Shown here piece after piece: positions 55,386 through 64,000 of a DNA stretch of 64,000 nt. How positions within the stretch are numbered: the stretch's first letter is position 1; the number at the start of each line of letters is the position of its first letter. The translations under genes were made by a program, and so were the position numbers. The notes under the pieces were generated by a model, which saw only the letters and a list, made by a program, of their open reading frames with translations, made no database searches and was not told the origin of the DNA. Source of the DNA: Escherichia coli (GTDB lineage: Bacteria; Pseudomonadota; Gammaproteobacteria; Enterobacterales; Enterobacteriaceae); the NCBI RefSeq assembly GCF_003991155.1, contig NZ_CP031293.1. One strand, 5' to 3'.

Positions 55386-56086
55386 CAGTCAATCAGCCCA
55401 TGTAATCTAAGTGCTGTTTCAAGCGCCAGAATACGCTGCCGCGCCTGCTGCAAACCTGTAGCGAGAGCCGCGACTTCGGATTGCGTGTACGTAGTGCCGA
55501 CAGTGTATGACTGGTTAGCGTTGAATGAGCCAAGAAGTGGCGTACCTGTGGCTGCAGTCCATCCGGTCTGCCTTGCTCCAACGACCTGAATTCCATCAAC
55601 TGAATATGATGTTTTTACATCCAGCGGTGACGCAAGAGACTGCGATTCGGTTACGGTTTTCGATACGTAATCACTCTTAATGCCAGAGACATCGTTTTCT
55701 ACGTCATTCAGTCTTTGGTCAACAGTGACCAGATGCGCCTGAATATCGATAACCTCATCCAGCAAGTAATCAACATCGCTACGCAGTACGACTATCTTCC
55801 CTTCGGCAGTTGTTAACCTGACCTCAAGGAGATTTATCGCTTTTGTGTTTGCGGTGATTCTTGCGTCGTGATCAGCCAGTTCGACATCCTGTTCATCGTT
55901 TTTCACCTGAGCATCGTAAGCGCCCTGACCAGCCTGATTTGCCTTCCCGGCAATTGCGCCGACATCAGCCCCCTGATTAATGACATACAGCAGGTAAGAC
56001 TGGCTGAAGATATTGCGTGGAAGGATTGATGTATCGAGCCGCGTCGCCTGCACAATAACAGGAGTGTTGAGATTCGAATCCGCCAT
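55385..56086 (-). CDS. tail needle protein, P22 gp26-like
   Basis: 233 aa; [36 protein letters not shown]...[18 protein letters not shown] closely matches P22 gp26 from memory. Confidence 0.85.
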   Translation of the reverse strand: MADSNLNTPVIVQATRLDTSILPRNIFSQSYLLYVINQGADVGAIAGKANQAGQGAYDAQVKNDEQDVELADHDARITANTKAINLLEVRLTTAEGKIVVLRSDVDYLLDEVIDIQAHLVTVDQRLNDVENDVSGIKSDYVSKTVTESQSLASPLDVKTSYSVDGIQVVGARQTGWTAATGTPLLGSFNANQSYTVGTTYTQSEVAALATGLQQARQRILALETALRLHGLID

Positions 56087-57504
56087 TACTCAATCCTTAT
56101 CTGAGCGCCAGAAAGAGTTACAGGTGACTTCGTGATAACGCGCAATTTGAAGCCGACATTTTTCCTGATGCGCCCTACTCTCTTCCACAAAACACGCTTG
56201 TCGTAAACGAACGGTTCATTCTGCTCAATCATCTGCTCACGACCGTAATTGATGCCATCAGTGGTTGCCGAGAGGAACAGGCGGTCGGCGTACTGAGCGA
56301 CACCCGTCGATGATTCCACCTCCAGATCAAAGCATCTGGCGTTATCCGCTTTGAACAACGGAGTAAACAGCAGGTGTTCCTGTTGCTTGTCGTACTGGCT
56401 GCTGATATCGAATTGCAATTTCCCGGTCACGGACTCCAGCTTATCGCCGCACGTTATCTGATTGCCTTCGTAAATGAAGTCGATAGCGCGGTACACATCG
56501 TCATACAGGCCTGTTTTCAGTACACACCATTGCGGACCATTGGCGCTTGAAGATGCGTCGTACACGAGAACATGGCGCGGAAGATGGATAATCAGCAGCT
56601 CATGCGCATCAAATCGCAGAGACTCCATCACACCATCAGCCAGTTCATCAGCAGTGTAGGAGCGGAGGATTTTCTCAATGCTCGCGCTGGCGATTGGTGA
56701 TACCTGACCGGAGCCGATGATATATACAGACGGCGCACCTGTTGCCGGATTGCTGATGAACGCATAAGAATCAGCGAATGGCGTTTTGCAGTAAGTCCCG
56801 GCGATGCCTTTTTGCACCATCAGTGATGGCTGTGCGACATACAAAGCGGCACCAACGGTAGTTGATCCTGTCAGGGAGAAATATTCAATAGTCGATGAAC
56901 CAAAGCATACGATGAAGTCTCGCCATGTTCCGATGCCGATGATGCCGTCAGGCTGCGATTCTGCGCGATATTGTGCGCTGTAGCGGTCAGGGTGCGATTC
57001 GTCTTCAAGGTCAGTGATAAACCATGAATCAGTACCGTCTTTTGACCACGCATAACGCCCACGCAAGCGCGTAATGTCGCGAACAGAACCTAACTCATAC
57101 TGCGTGAATCCGCTGTCCGTAGGCCAGTTTGAGACGGTTTTAACCGTGCCATCATAGCGATACTCGACCAGTTGACCATTAACGCCTACCGCCTGTGATG
57201 TCCGACCATGCGCCATTGATACGCGACCACTTCCGGCAACATCACCGACTTCACTTTCGCCTTTGTACAGCTTGCCACCACACACACGATAAACAGCATT
57301 CTGCGCCATGTTGTACTCGACACCGCGAGATACACCGTTCACATCAGAACGTTTTGCAATGCCCGGGAATGAGCGAAGATATCCGCTGCTGTTCAGGATT
57401 TCTTTGGGTGTAGCCAACATATTCACTGGCAGATAGTCGATATAGTCGGCATTTCGGAAGTCTTTGCCGACACCTTTCATAAGCGGAAGTTGCTGAATCG
57501 GCAT
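56086..57504 (-). CDS. tail accessory protein, P22 gp10-like
   Basis: 472 aa in gp10 position. Confidence 0.7.
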   Translation of the reverse strand: MPIQQLPLMKGVGKDFRNADYIDYLPVNMLATPKEILNSSGYLRSFPGIAKRSDVNGVSRGVEYNMAQNAVYRVCGGKLYKGESEVGDVAGSGRVSMAHGRTSQAVGVNGQLVEYRYDGTVKTVSNWPTDSGFTQYELGSVRDITRLRGRYAWSKDGTDSWFITDLEDESHPDRYSAQYRAESQPDGIIGIGTWRDFIVCFGSSTIEYFSLTGSTTVGAALYVAQPSLMVQKGIAGTYCKTPFADSYAFISNPATGAPSVYIIGSGQVSPIASASIEKILRSYTADELADGVMESLRFDAHELLIIHLPRHVLVYDASSSANGPQWCVLKTGLYDDVYRAIDFIYEGNQITCGDKLESVTGKLQFDISSQYDKQQEHLLFTPLFKADNARCFDLEVESSTGVAQYADRLFLSATTDGINYGREQMIEQNEPFVYDKRVLWKRVGRIRKNVGFKLRVITKSPVTLSGAQIRIE

Positions 57505-58005
57505 TTATTCGCCCCCGTTATCGCAAGGTTCCTTCCGGTGGAAGTAATTCCAACCATTCCACTTCGCCAACTGGTTACCGCTACCAACAGGCATACGGTT
57601 TGGATAACCGGACTTACATTTAGCGGCTTTTGCTCTGTCCATTGCAGACAGTTTGACGAGTCGCTCTTTCCCGTATCTGGCAGTGGTTATAAGTTTTGCA
57701 GGCGCTTCCAGCGCATAATCCGGTGCAATGCGGCAGGCAAGGTTGAAAATAACAGCATTGATAGCGTTATTTGATAAACCGTGCTCATCGCCCGGATCCG
57801 GAGCGACATCTGCATCAGCAAAAATGTAGCCAACGTTGATCCCAGGTGACGCATCACCGCCAAGCCATTCAGCCATCATCATTTCAAGGTCGTTGACGCC
57901 GTCTTCCATAGACTGCGGTTCGACATCAGTTAACGTGGCATTTGATGCCACACCGAGCTTACGTAATGCCGCAAGGACTAAATCACCCTTCGTTGTCAGG
58001 TTCAT
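57505..58005 (-). CDS. tail accessory protein, P22 gp4-like
   Basis: 166 aa from internal Met: [41 protein letters not shown]... resembles P22 gp4. Confidence 0.75.
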   Translation of the reverse strand: MNLTTKGDLVLAALRKLGVASNATLTDVEPQSMEDGVNDLEMMMAEWLGGDASPGINVGYIFADADVAPDPGDEHGLSNNAINAVIFNLACRIAPDYALEAPAKLITTARYGKERLVKLSAMDRAKAAKCKSGYPNRMPVGSGNQLAKWNGWNYFHRKEPCDNGGE

Positions 58006-58219
58006 CTGATGCCGCCTTAGGTTTTCGACCAGGCTTTTTACGCTGCTTTTCTTCTGGCTCTGGCTCTTGCTTTGCAACATCCTTCAAAAGGTCATCAGGA
58101 TGTGAAAACCAGCCAGCATCCAGATATTCCTGAAGCTCTTCGGCTTTCACGATTTCAAAGTCGTAGCCAACGCCTTTCCACTTCTTCATGTCGCCATGAC
58201 GAAAGATCATGTGTGTCAT
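57983..58219 (-). CDS. small hypothetical protein between coat and gp4 genes
   Basis: Highly charged C-terminus; start uncertain; overlaps gp4 start slightly. Confidence 0.3.
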   Translation of the reverse strand: MTHMIFRHGDMKKWKGVGYDFEIVKAEELQEYLDAGWFSHPDDLLKDVAKQEPEPEEKQRKKPGRKPKAASDEPDNEG

Positions 58220-58263
58220 GCTTGTCTCCAGATAAAAACGGGAGCCGAAGCTCCCTCTGGTTA

Positions 58264-59559
58264 TCACGCGGTCTGGTTAGGCAGACCAACACCAATTGCC
58301 TCTGGCCGTACAGCACATGCTGAATACCACACAGCAATACGGCACTTACCAGACAGAGTATTGATATCACCCTGCGTTGCGAAGATGCCGTTAACACCAA
58401 TACCAGGAATGCTGAAGGAAGACGTTTTCATGCCAGCAAACAGTTCATGGGTTACCGGAATCGGCTGAGACAGCAGGCGGATTGAGTCATCAGCCCAGAA
58501 CACGTTAGCGGTGGTTGTTGCCACGTTCAGAACGTTTACCGTAGTGGAATCAGCAAGAGAGGTGTTTACGTTAGCGTAAGCCTTCTCTTCTTTTGTCAGT
58601 GACGCGTCATCCAGTGCAATCGGCTTCGGCGTGATTTCGATGTGAGTACTATCGATCACACGGGTGATTGAGAAAGTTGCATCATCAGTCAGCACGTTCT
58701 TCGCCATCTGAGACAGGAATTTCACACCAGTGAAACTGATTTTGTCGCCGCGCTTAAATCCGGTGGTGGAGGATACAGTCACCGTTGCAACACGGTTGTC
58801 GACGTTCTCTTTGTTACCATCGGTATCAAGGGTGTATGCCTGCGGCTTAAACTTCTGCGCGCCAGAAACAGTTACACCAGTAGCGGTTGACTTGGTAACT
58901 GCCGGAAGTTTCGGTGAGCGAAGAATTTCATCAAAGCCAGCAATCTGACGCTGAATAGTACCGTTGTGATACGCATCTTCAGGAACGCGCCCGAAGATGT
59001 CACCATCTACAAGATTGCGGCCTGCTTTGCGGTAATCGTCAGGGTTCAGGAAGTAACTGATACCCATGTCGCGGTTGAGTTCGCGGGAGAACATCAGTCG
59101 CTCTGCATCAGACACAAAATCCCAGCCAGACAGGCCAGTAGATGGACCAATTGCGCGGGTATCGTGAACAACAAGTGAGCCCATTTCGGTTGCCTGTTTG
59201 GCAATTGCTGACTCAATGTTATTCGCCAGTTTTTTGGCGGATGCCTGGATGCGGCGACGGTAAGAACGCTCATCACGCAGGTCATCTGCACGAAGCTCGA
59301 AGAAATCGTTATCCGGATCGCCCATGTTGCACTTCACGGAGAGTTCCAGAATCCCGGTTGCGTTGCCAGTTAAATCCCAGCCAGTCTGGGTTGGCGCTTC
59401 CTGCTCAACAGGCATCCACACGGTGTTGCTTGAACGCTGCATGGATTCTGCCGGAGGGGTGTATTTTGTCACTTTGGACGCCATTGGCGTCAGGTTCTGG
59501 ACGGTTTCGATGATTTCATCCAGAGCATACGTGACCAGTTGACCTTCATTTAATGCCAT
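58264..59559 (-). CDS. major coat protein, P22 gp5-like
   Basis: 431 aa; [23 protein letters not shown]... Confidence 0.85.
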   Translation of the reverse strand: MALNEGQLVTYALDEIIETVQNLTPMASKVTKYTPPAESMQRSSNTVWMPVEQEAPTQTGWDLTGNATGILELSVKCNMGDPDNDFFELRADDLRDERSYRRRIQASAKKLANNIESAIAKQATEMGSLVVHDTRAIGPSTGLSGWDFVSDAERLMFSRELNRDMGISYFLNPDDYRKAGRNLVDGDIFGRVPEDAYHNGTIQRQIAGFDEILRSPKLPAVTKSTATGVTVSGAQKFKPQAYTLDTDGNKENVDNRVATVTVSSTTGFKRGDKISFTGVKFLSQMAKNVLTDDATFSITRVIDSTHIEITPKPIALDDASLTKEEKAYANVNTSLADSTTVNVLNVATTTANVFWADDSIRLLSQPIPVTHELFAGMKTSSFSIPGIGVNGIFATQGDINTLSGKCRIAVWYSACAVRPEAIGVGLPNQTA

Positions 59560-60470
59560 TATCGAATTCCTTTATTCAGTTGCGCCTTGAGCTTGCGGTA
59601 TGTCTCCACATCACCTTTGTTTGCTGCCGCTTCCATCTGCTTTTCAATCGCAGAGATATTTGCAGCAACAGCGTGTCCCTGAATGGGTTCATCAGGTAAC
59701 GGGGCTTCTGAAACAGGCTTTGCTCGAGGCTTGAGAGTTAAACGTTCTGACAGTCGAGTGAGTTCAATCAGCGCGGATTGCCCGTCCATCGCCAGCAACT
59801 GGCGTGTTTTCTCAGGATTAGCACCAAGGTGATACATGAGAGCGGCGGATTTCTCCGGGAAGAGGCGCATGATGTCGGCACCGACTGCTGGCGGCACCAG
59901 TTGCATGAATGCATCCTCTTTCTCCTGATAGTCAGGGATATTGAGTTTTTCCGCTGCGTCGTAGTGCTTACGGGCTGCCTCGACGTATTGCGCTGATTGC
60001 TGGGTGAACTCCTGAGTTTTGCGCCCCTGCTCGGCGACAGCCCGGCTTCGTGCGTCCATAGCCTTGATCTGCCATTCACTGTTTGCCTGCTGGAAGGCAG
60101 CCAGTGCGCGGCTCTGGTCATAGTCGTACTTAGCCAGTGCATCTTCGGAAAGATAATCGTTAGGGTCTGGTTGTTTTGGTAACTCAGGGTTCACCCGCAG
60201 GTGCTCCGGCAACTCTCCACGCTTAACCGCTTCCATCTGCTGCTCAAGCTCACGCTGGCGTTTGCGTTCGATGCGGCGACGGGCAAATTCAGCATTAGTT
60301 GCCGGGTCTTGTTTTGGTTTCTCATCGTCTTTCAGGACAATCTCGAAGCCTTCTTCCTGACCTGCGTTGTCGTTGGCATTATCGACAACTAAGCCATCAG
60401 CAGATGCCGCTGCATGATTGCCGGGCAGGGTTAATTCTTCAGAAGCCTGAATGTCGGTGGTTTGGTCCAT
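59559..60470 (-). CDS. scaffolding protein, P22 gp8-like
   Basis: 303 aa, charged helical protein between portal and coat. Confidence 0.8.
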   Translation of the reverse strand: MDQTTDIQASEELTLPGNHAAASADGLVVDNANDNAGQEEGFEIVLKDDEKPKQDPATNAEFARRRIERKRQRELEQQMEAVKRGELPEHLRVNPELPKQPDPNDYLSEDALAKYDYDQSRALAAFQQANSEWQIKAMDARSRAVAEQGRKTQEFTQQSAQYVEAARKHYDAAEKLNIPDYQEKEDAFMQLVPPAVGADIMRLFPEKSAALMYHLGANPEKTRQLLAMDGQSALIELTRLSERLTLKPRAKPVSEAPLPDEPIQGHAVAANISAIEKQMEAAANKGDVETYRKLKAQLNKGIR

Positions 60471-60483
60471 GATTAACTCTCTC

Positions 60484-62649
60484 TTATTGAGGTGTCTCGG
60501 CTACTCCGCCGGAGGGGATTTGAACTTGACGCATAAGATTCGCGAAATCCATGCGTTGTGAATGAGTCTGGTCTGCATCTTTAAGAAGCAGCTCAGCGTT
60601 AGCACGAGCATCTTTGCTGCGCTGTTGCTGGAATTGACCTACGAGCTTGAGGTACTCACGCAGTTCTGCCTGCTTGTCTAGGTCCATATTGTTGAAGATT
60701 TCCGCAATCTTCGCGGCGTTGAGTTGGTTTTGGGCTTCAACCTTGGCGGCTTCAACCTGAATCTGCGCCTGTTGGTTCTCTGCCTTGAGCAATTCAGCCT
60801 GACCTTGCAGAAGGATACCCTGCGCCTGAATTTGCTCTGCTGATGGCTGCTGCGGCTGCTGTTGAGCCTGCTGTACCATCTCCATCTCTTCAGGTGTTTC
60901 TGGTTTCTTCAGCCCCATCATCACCAGTTGCTTGTTCGCGTACTCTCGCATCATCTCGACGCCTTTACCGTCAAGCAGCGTGAAGTATTGCAGCATCAGC
61001 ATCTGGAACTCTGGAGTACCTTGTGGAACCTTGGTGAGTAACTCCTGAATCTCTGCGCGGTTCTGTTCCTTCATACTCTGGAAGGATGGTCCAACGTCTG
61101 TATAGCACTCATAGCGACCGCGAATGTCGTTGAGTGTGACCACATTGCCGGACTGGTAATCTACAACTTGCGCGTAGAGTTGAACGTCTTTCTCGCTTCC
61201 GTCTTCAAGAGTCAGCGTTACATGGCGAGGAACGTCATAAATATCGTTGACCATTGAGGCATAAATCTCGCCATCACGTCGCATTGCGGTAGCCAGGTTA
61301 TCCTGAAACACGTATGTCTCAAGGTCTGCCCGCATGTTCAGTTGATTGACGGTATCGAAAGCGACCTGACCATTTGCCGCCTGCGCATCAACGCCAAGAC
61401 TAGCCACCTCTTTCACTGCGTTGGTGGCTGCCTCAAGCATGTAAGCGTTGGCTTGCGGCACTTCAGGGTTTTCCATGTAGGAGATTGGACCAATCGGCAG
61501 GTCGTTACCGTTTTCATCGGTCCTGTTCTGCAGATAGTACGGATAGTCATCATTTCCACCGTACATGTATTCGTAGCCTTCGATTTGCTCAGGGAAGAAG
61601 GTCGGTTTCTTCTTCGGTGAACGAGCAACAATATCGGCGTTGAATGACATGATCATGTTACGAAGGCGCTGACCGTCTTTCGTCAGCCTTACCACTCCTT
61701 CGTAGCACTCCTTGTCACCAGCGAATGACCATTCGCCATACACTGGAACGATTGGAATATGCTCTCCGGCTATCTTCTCGCGGTCTTTCAGTATCTGCGT
61801 GCAGGTGATGATCGACTTATACACACGCCGACGCTTGACCTTACGCTCTGCCACCTTAATGAATCCACGATTAGCCAGGTCGTCGATGACGTCTTTGATA
61901 TCCTGCTGGTAATAGCTGACCGGCTCACCTGTCAGCGGGTCGCGGTAGATGAAGACTTTCTCTTTCTTCTCTTCGACCTCGTAATACTCAGCGACGTAGA
62001 CGACATCATTCGATACCCACGGAAACAGCCATGTATCGTTCGGATTCTGGAAAGATGGCAAGGTGTCAGGATCAATACCGTAATCCTCTGCGAACTCTTT
62101 CCAGCCATTGCGTGACAAAGCGTTAATCACCGTGCAGTGCTTAGCGTCGCTCTTATCCATCTGCTTGCTATTGGCGTCCCATATGACGTGTGAGCAGGCT
62201 TCATGGATTGGAAGGCGTCGGATTACCTGATTGTTGCTTGTTGGATCGTTGTCTTCGTACTGCGTGACCAGACGCCATGCACCAACGCCGGACTCTATCT
62301 GCTCACGAACGCCAACGTTAACGGCAATTTTTGCCGTGTTATGGCGCATATCAGTACGATACATCCCCATCAACACATCGGCTGCATCAGGATTAGCACC
62401 GTCTTTTGGTCGGAAGAGAACGTCGATAGGGTTCCGGCGCATCTCTGCGACCAACTTCCTGACCACCGGGCGGACAACATCGAATTGTCCGCGATATTGC
62501 AGGGTGGTGTAGTTTGATAGCCAGTCATCCCATTGCGACACTCGGCTAAAATACAGGTCATTTGTCGCCTCGGTTCTGGCTTCATCGCTCGCCATCCAGT
62601 CTGCGTCAAACTTACACAGAATGGAATTGAGTCTGTTTTCGTCGGCCAT
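60484..62649 (-). CDS. portal protein, P22 gp1-like
   Basis: 721 aa; position and length as P22 portal. Confidence 0.85.
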   Translation of the reverse strand: MADENRLNSILCKFDADWMASDEARTEATNDLYFSRVSQWDDWLSNYTTLQYRGQFDVVRPVVRKLVAEMRRNPIDVLFRPKDGANPDAADVLMGMYRTDMRHNTAKIAVNVGVREQIESGVGAWRLVTQYEDNDPTSNNQVIRRLPIHEACSHVIWDANSKQMDKSDAKHCTVINALSRNGWKEFAEDYGIDPDTLPSFQNPNDTWLFPWVSNDVVYVAEYYEVEEKKEKVFIYRDPLTGEPVSYYQQDIKDVIDDLANRGFIKVAERKVKRRRVYKSIITCTQILKDREKIAGEHIPIVPVYGEWSFAGDKECYEGVVRLTKDGQRLRNMIMSFNADIVARSPKKKPTFFPEQIEGYEYMYGGNDDYPYYLQNRTDENGNDLPIGPISYMENPEVPQANAYMLEAATNAVKEVASLGVDAQAANGQVAFDTVNQLNMRADLETYVFQDNLATAMRRDGEIYASMVNDIYDVPRHVTLTLEDGSEKDVQLYAQVVDYQSGNVVTLNDIRGRYECYTDVGPSFQSMKEQNRAEIQELLTKVPQGTPEFQMLMLQYFTLLDGKGVEMMREYANKQLVMMGLKKPETPEEMEMVQQAQQQPQQPSAEQIQAQGILLQGQAELLKAENQQAQIQVEAAKVEAQNQLNAAKIAEIFNNMDLDKQAELREYLKLVGQFQQQRSKDARANAELLLKDADQTHSQRMDFANLMRQVQIPSGGVAETPQ

Positions 62650-64000
62650 TTAAGTTCTCCGTGCGATGGGCCTGATTGGGGCTGGTATCTTTTTCTCTTT
62701 TGGCTTTTTGATGTCGCGCATCATTTTTGCGAAGCGGCGCATCATGTATGCATAGCGAACGGCGGATAGCACGTCGTCGTTAAGCTTGACGATTTTCCCG
62801 TTTTCATCACGGTGATAGAGGCGGAACTCCTCAAAGAATGGCTCACAGGTGTTGAATACTTTGAAGCGACCGTCGAGCATCATGTCTCGCAATTCAGTGA
62901 TGCCAGGCTCAACAGCGTTACCGCCATCAGGCCATGTCGCATGCTCCTGCAACATCATAAATCCAGCGTCTGCATACTGCCCTTTGAGCTGCTCACCGCC
63001 GCCCTTCTCATGCTGGTTTCCGTCATGAGGCCATGCGGTTGGCACTTTATGCGCCCATGATTTAACAGCTCCCCATGCCTGAACCGCTGTTTTTTCTTTC
63101 GCCTTCCACACGCGTGAAACGTAGATTGTGTCTGCGTCCTTATCCCACCAAAGCTGAACCTGCGCCTGTGGGTGATCCCATCCGAAATCCATCCCACCAA
63201 TTACGTAGAAGTGATCAGGACACTCGAACGGCTGACACTTAATTGTCTCTTCCGGTATCTGGAAGATTCGACCACTACCCATCGTAGGAATACCGCGAGC
63301 ACGCGCCTCTCTCTCATGCTCTGGATAGGATGCGATGATTTGCTCTTTCTGCTCGTCGGTATAGTGCTCAGCGTCATAGATGGTCATGTTGACCACTTTC
63401 TGCGACTTGCTTGGATTCTTCAGGAACTTGGTAACAACGTCAGACATCCCCATCAGCGGGGTAAACGTCAGAATTGAGAATTGACCGTATTTGTTGGTAC
63501 GGGTAAGACCTTCGCCATAAATGCTGTATGGTGGCTCTTCGTCAAACCACACGCCGTGGATTGTGTCACCCTGCCAGCGAGCACGGCCTTGCGAGTATGG
63601 TTTGAAGTAGCAGATTGAAATGCCATCTTCAACGCCATCAGCCGTGTGATGCTTAACCAGAAGATGATCAACAAGGTTCGGAAAGAAAGGAGACTTCTTC
63701 CAGCTAATGATGTCTTCTTTCGGTATGGAACCGTAGCCAGGCTCATCATTCTCTTCGATACGACCGCACAGGATGCGTTGAGTCGTTTTGGTTACAGTCT
63801 CGTTTGTCTCGCCACCAATCCAGAAGACAACGGGCTCATAGAAACGCTTACCTTTCCACTCACCGCCATATTTACCATCAGCAGGATAGCCTTTTGTGCC
63901 CGGATAACGCCCTGTAAGGTGAAACGCGACTTCAGCAGCACCAGTAAATGACTTACCAAGCTGGTTACCAGCCATAAAACATCGCTCTGGATAGTCATGC
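62650..64000 (-). CDS. terminase large subunit, P22 gp2-like (5' end beyond window)
   Basis: At least 441 aa with Walker A-like GKS near the N-terminus; start abuts portal gene. Confidence 0.75.
   Translation of the reverse strand, partial: HDYPERCFMAGNQLGKSFTGAAEVAFHLTGRYPGTKGYPADGKYGGEWKGKRFYEPVVFWIGGETNETVTKTTQRILCGRIEENDEPGYGSIPKEDIISWKKSPFFPNLVDHLLVKHHTADGVEDGISICYFKPYSQGRARWQGDTIHGVWFDEEPPYSIYGEGLTRTNKYGQFSILTFTPLMGMSDVVTKFLKNPSKSQKVVNMTIYDAEHYTDEQKEQIIASYPEHEREARARGIPTMGSGRIFQIPEETIKCQPFECPDHFYVIGGMDFGWDHPQAQVQLWWDKDADTIYVSRVWKAKEKTAVQAWGAVKSWAHKVPTAWPHDGNQHEKGGGEQLKGQYADAGFMMLQEHATWPDGGNAVEPGITELRDMMLDGRFKVFNTCEPFFEEFRLYHRDENGKIVKLNDDVLSAVRYAYMMRRFAKMMRDIKKPKEKKIPAPIRPIARRT

Larger units (their letters stand above)
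45295..64000 (-). mobile_element. P22-like prophage (right arm; continues beyond window end)
   Basis: Contiguous P22 gene order on the minus strand: terminase large (partial), portal, scaffold, coat, gp4, gp10, gp26, gp14, gp7, gp20, gp16, immI (mnt/arc/ant), tailspike. Confidence 0.85.

Overview
The window reads as an Escherichia coli-type chromosome segment with three horizontally acquired blocks around a conserved core. (1) Positions 1 to about 17265 are the integrase-proximal part of a genomic island inserted at a tRNA-Asn gene next to yeeO. It carries a translationally coupled module built around a 1350-aa STAND-class P-loop NTPase with an N-terminal Mrr-like nuclease signature, which is my best candidate for an undescribed defense system. 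It also carries orphan Rhs C-terminal toxin/immunity cassettes, an IS3-family element, a Ner/Nlp-like regulator, a HigA-like HTH protein, a short integrase-family protein set in an array of TCTGG(C/T)GCAG decamers, and a P4-type integrase interrupted by an in-frame amber codon. (2) The core runs yeeO, tRNA-Asn, ldtA(erfK), cobTSU, pocR, pduF, then a complete pduABCDEGHJKLMNOPQSTUV microcompartment operon with an IS1 (9-bp target duplication) inserted just upstream of pduA, followed by yeeX, yeeA, sbmC and dacD. (3) From about 45295 to the window end is a P22-like prophage (tailspike, ant/arc/mnt immI region, ejection proteins, head genes, portal, partial large terminase) that appears to be integrated in the 5' end of sbcB and carries two mnt-coupled exported-protein morons. 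All identifications rest on reading the translations and on recalled family signatures; no database search was run.
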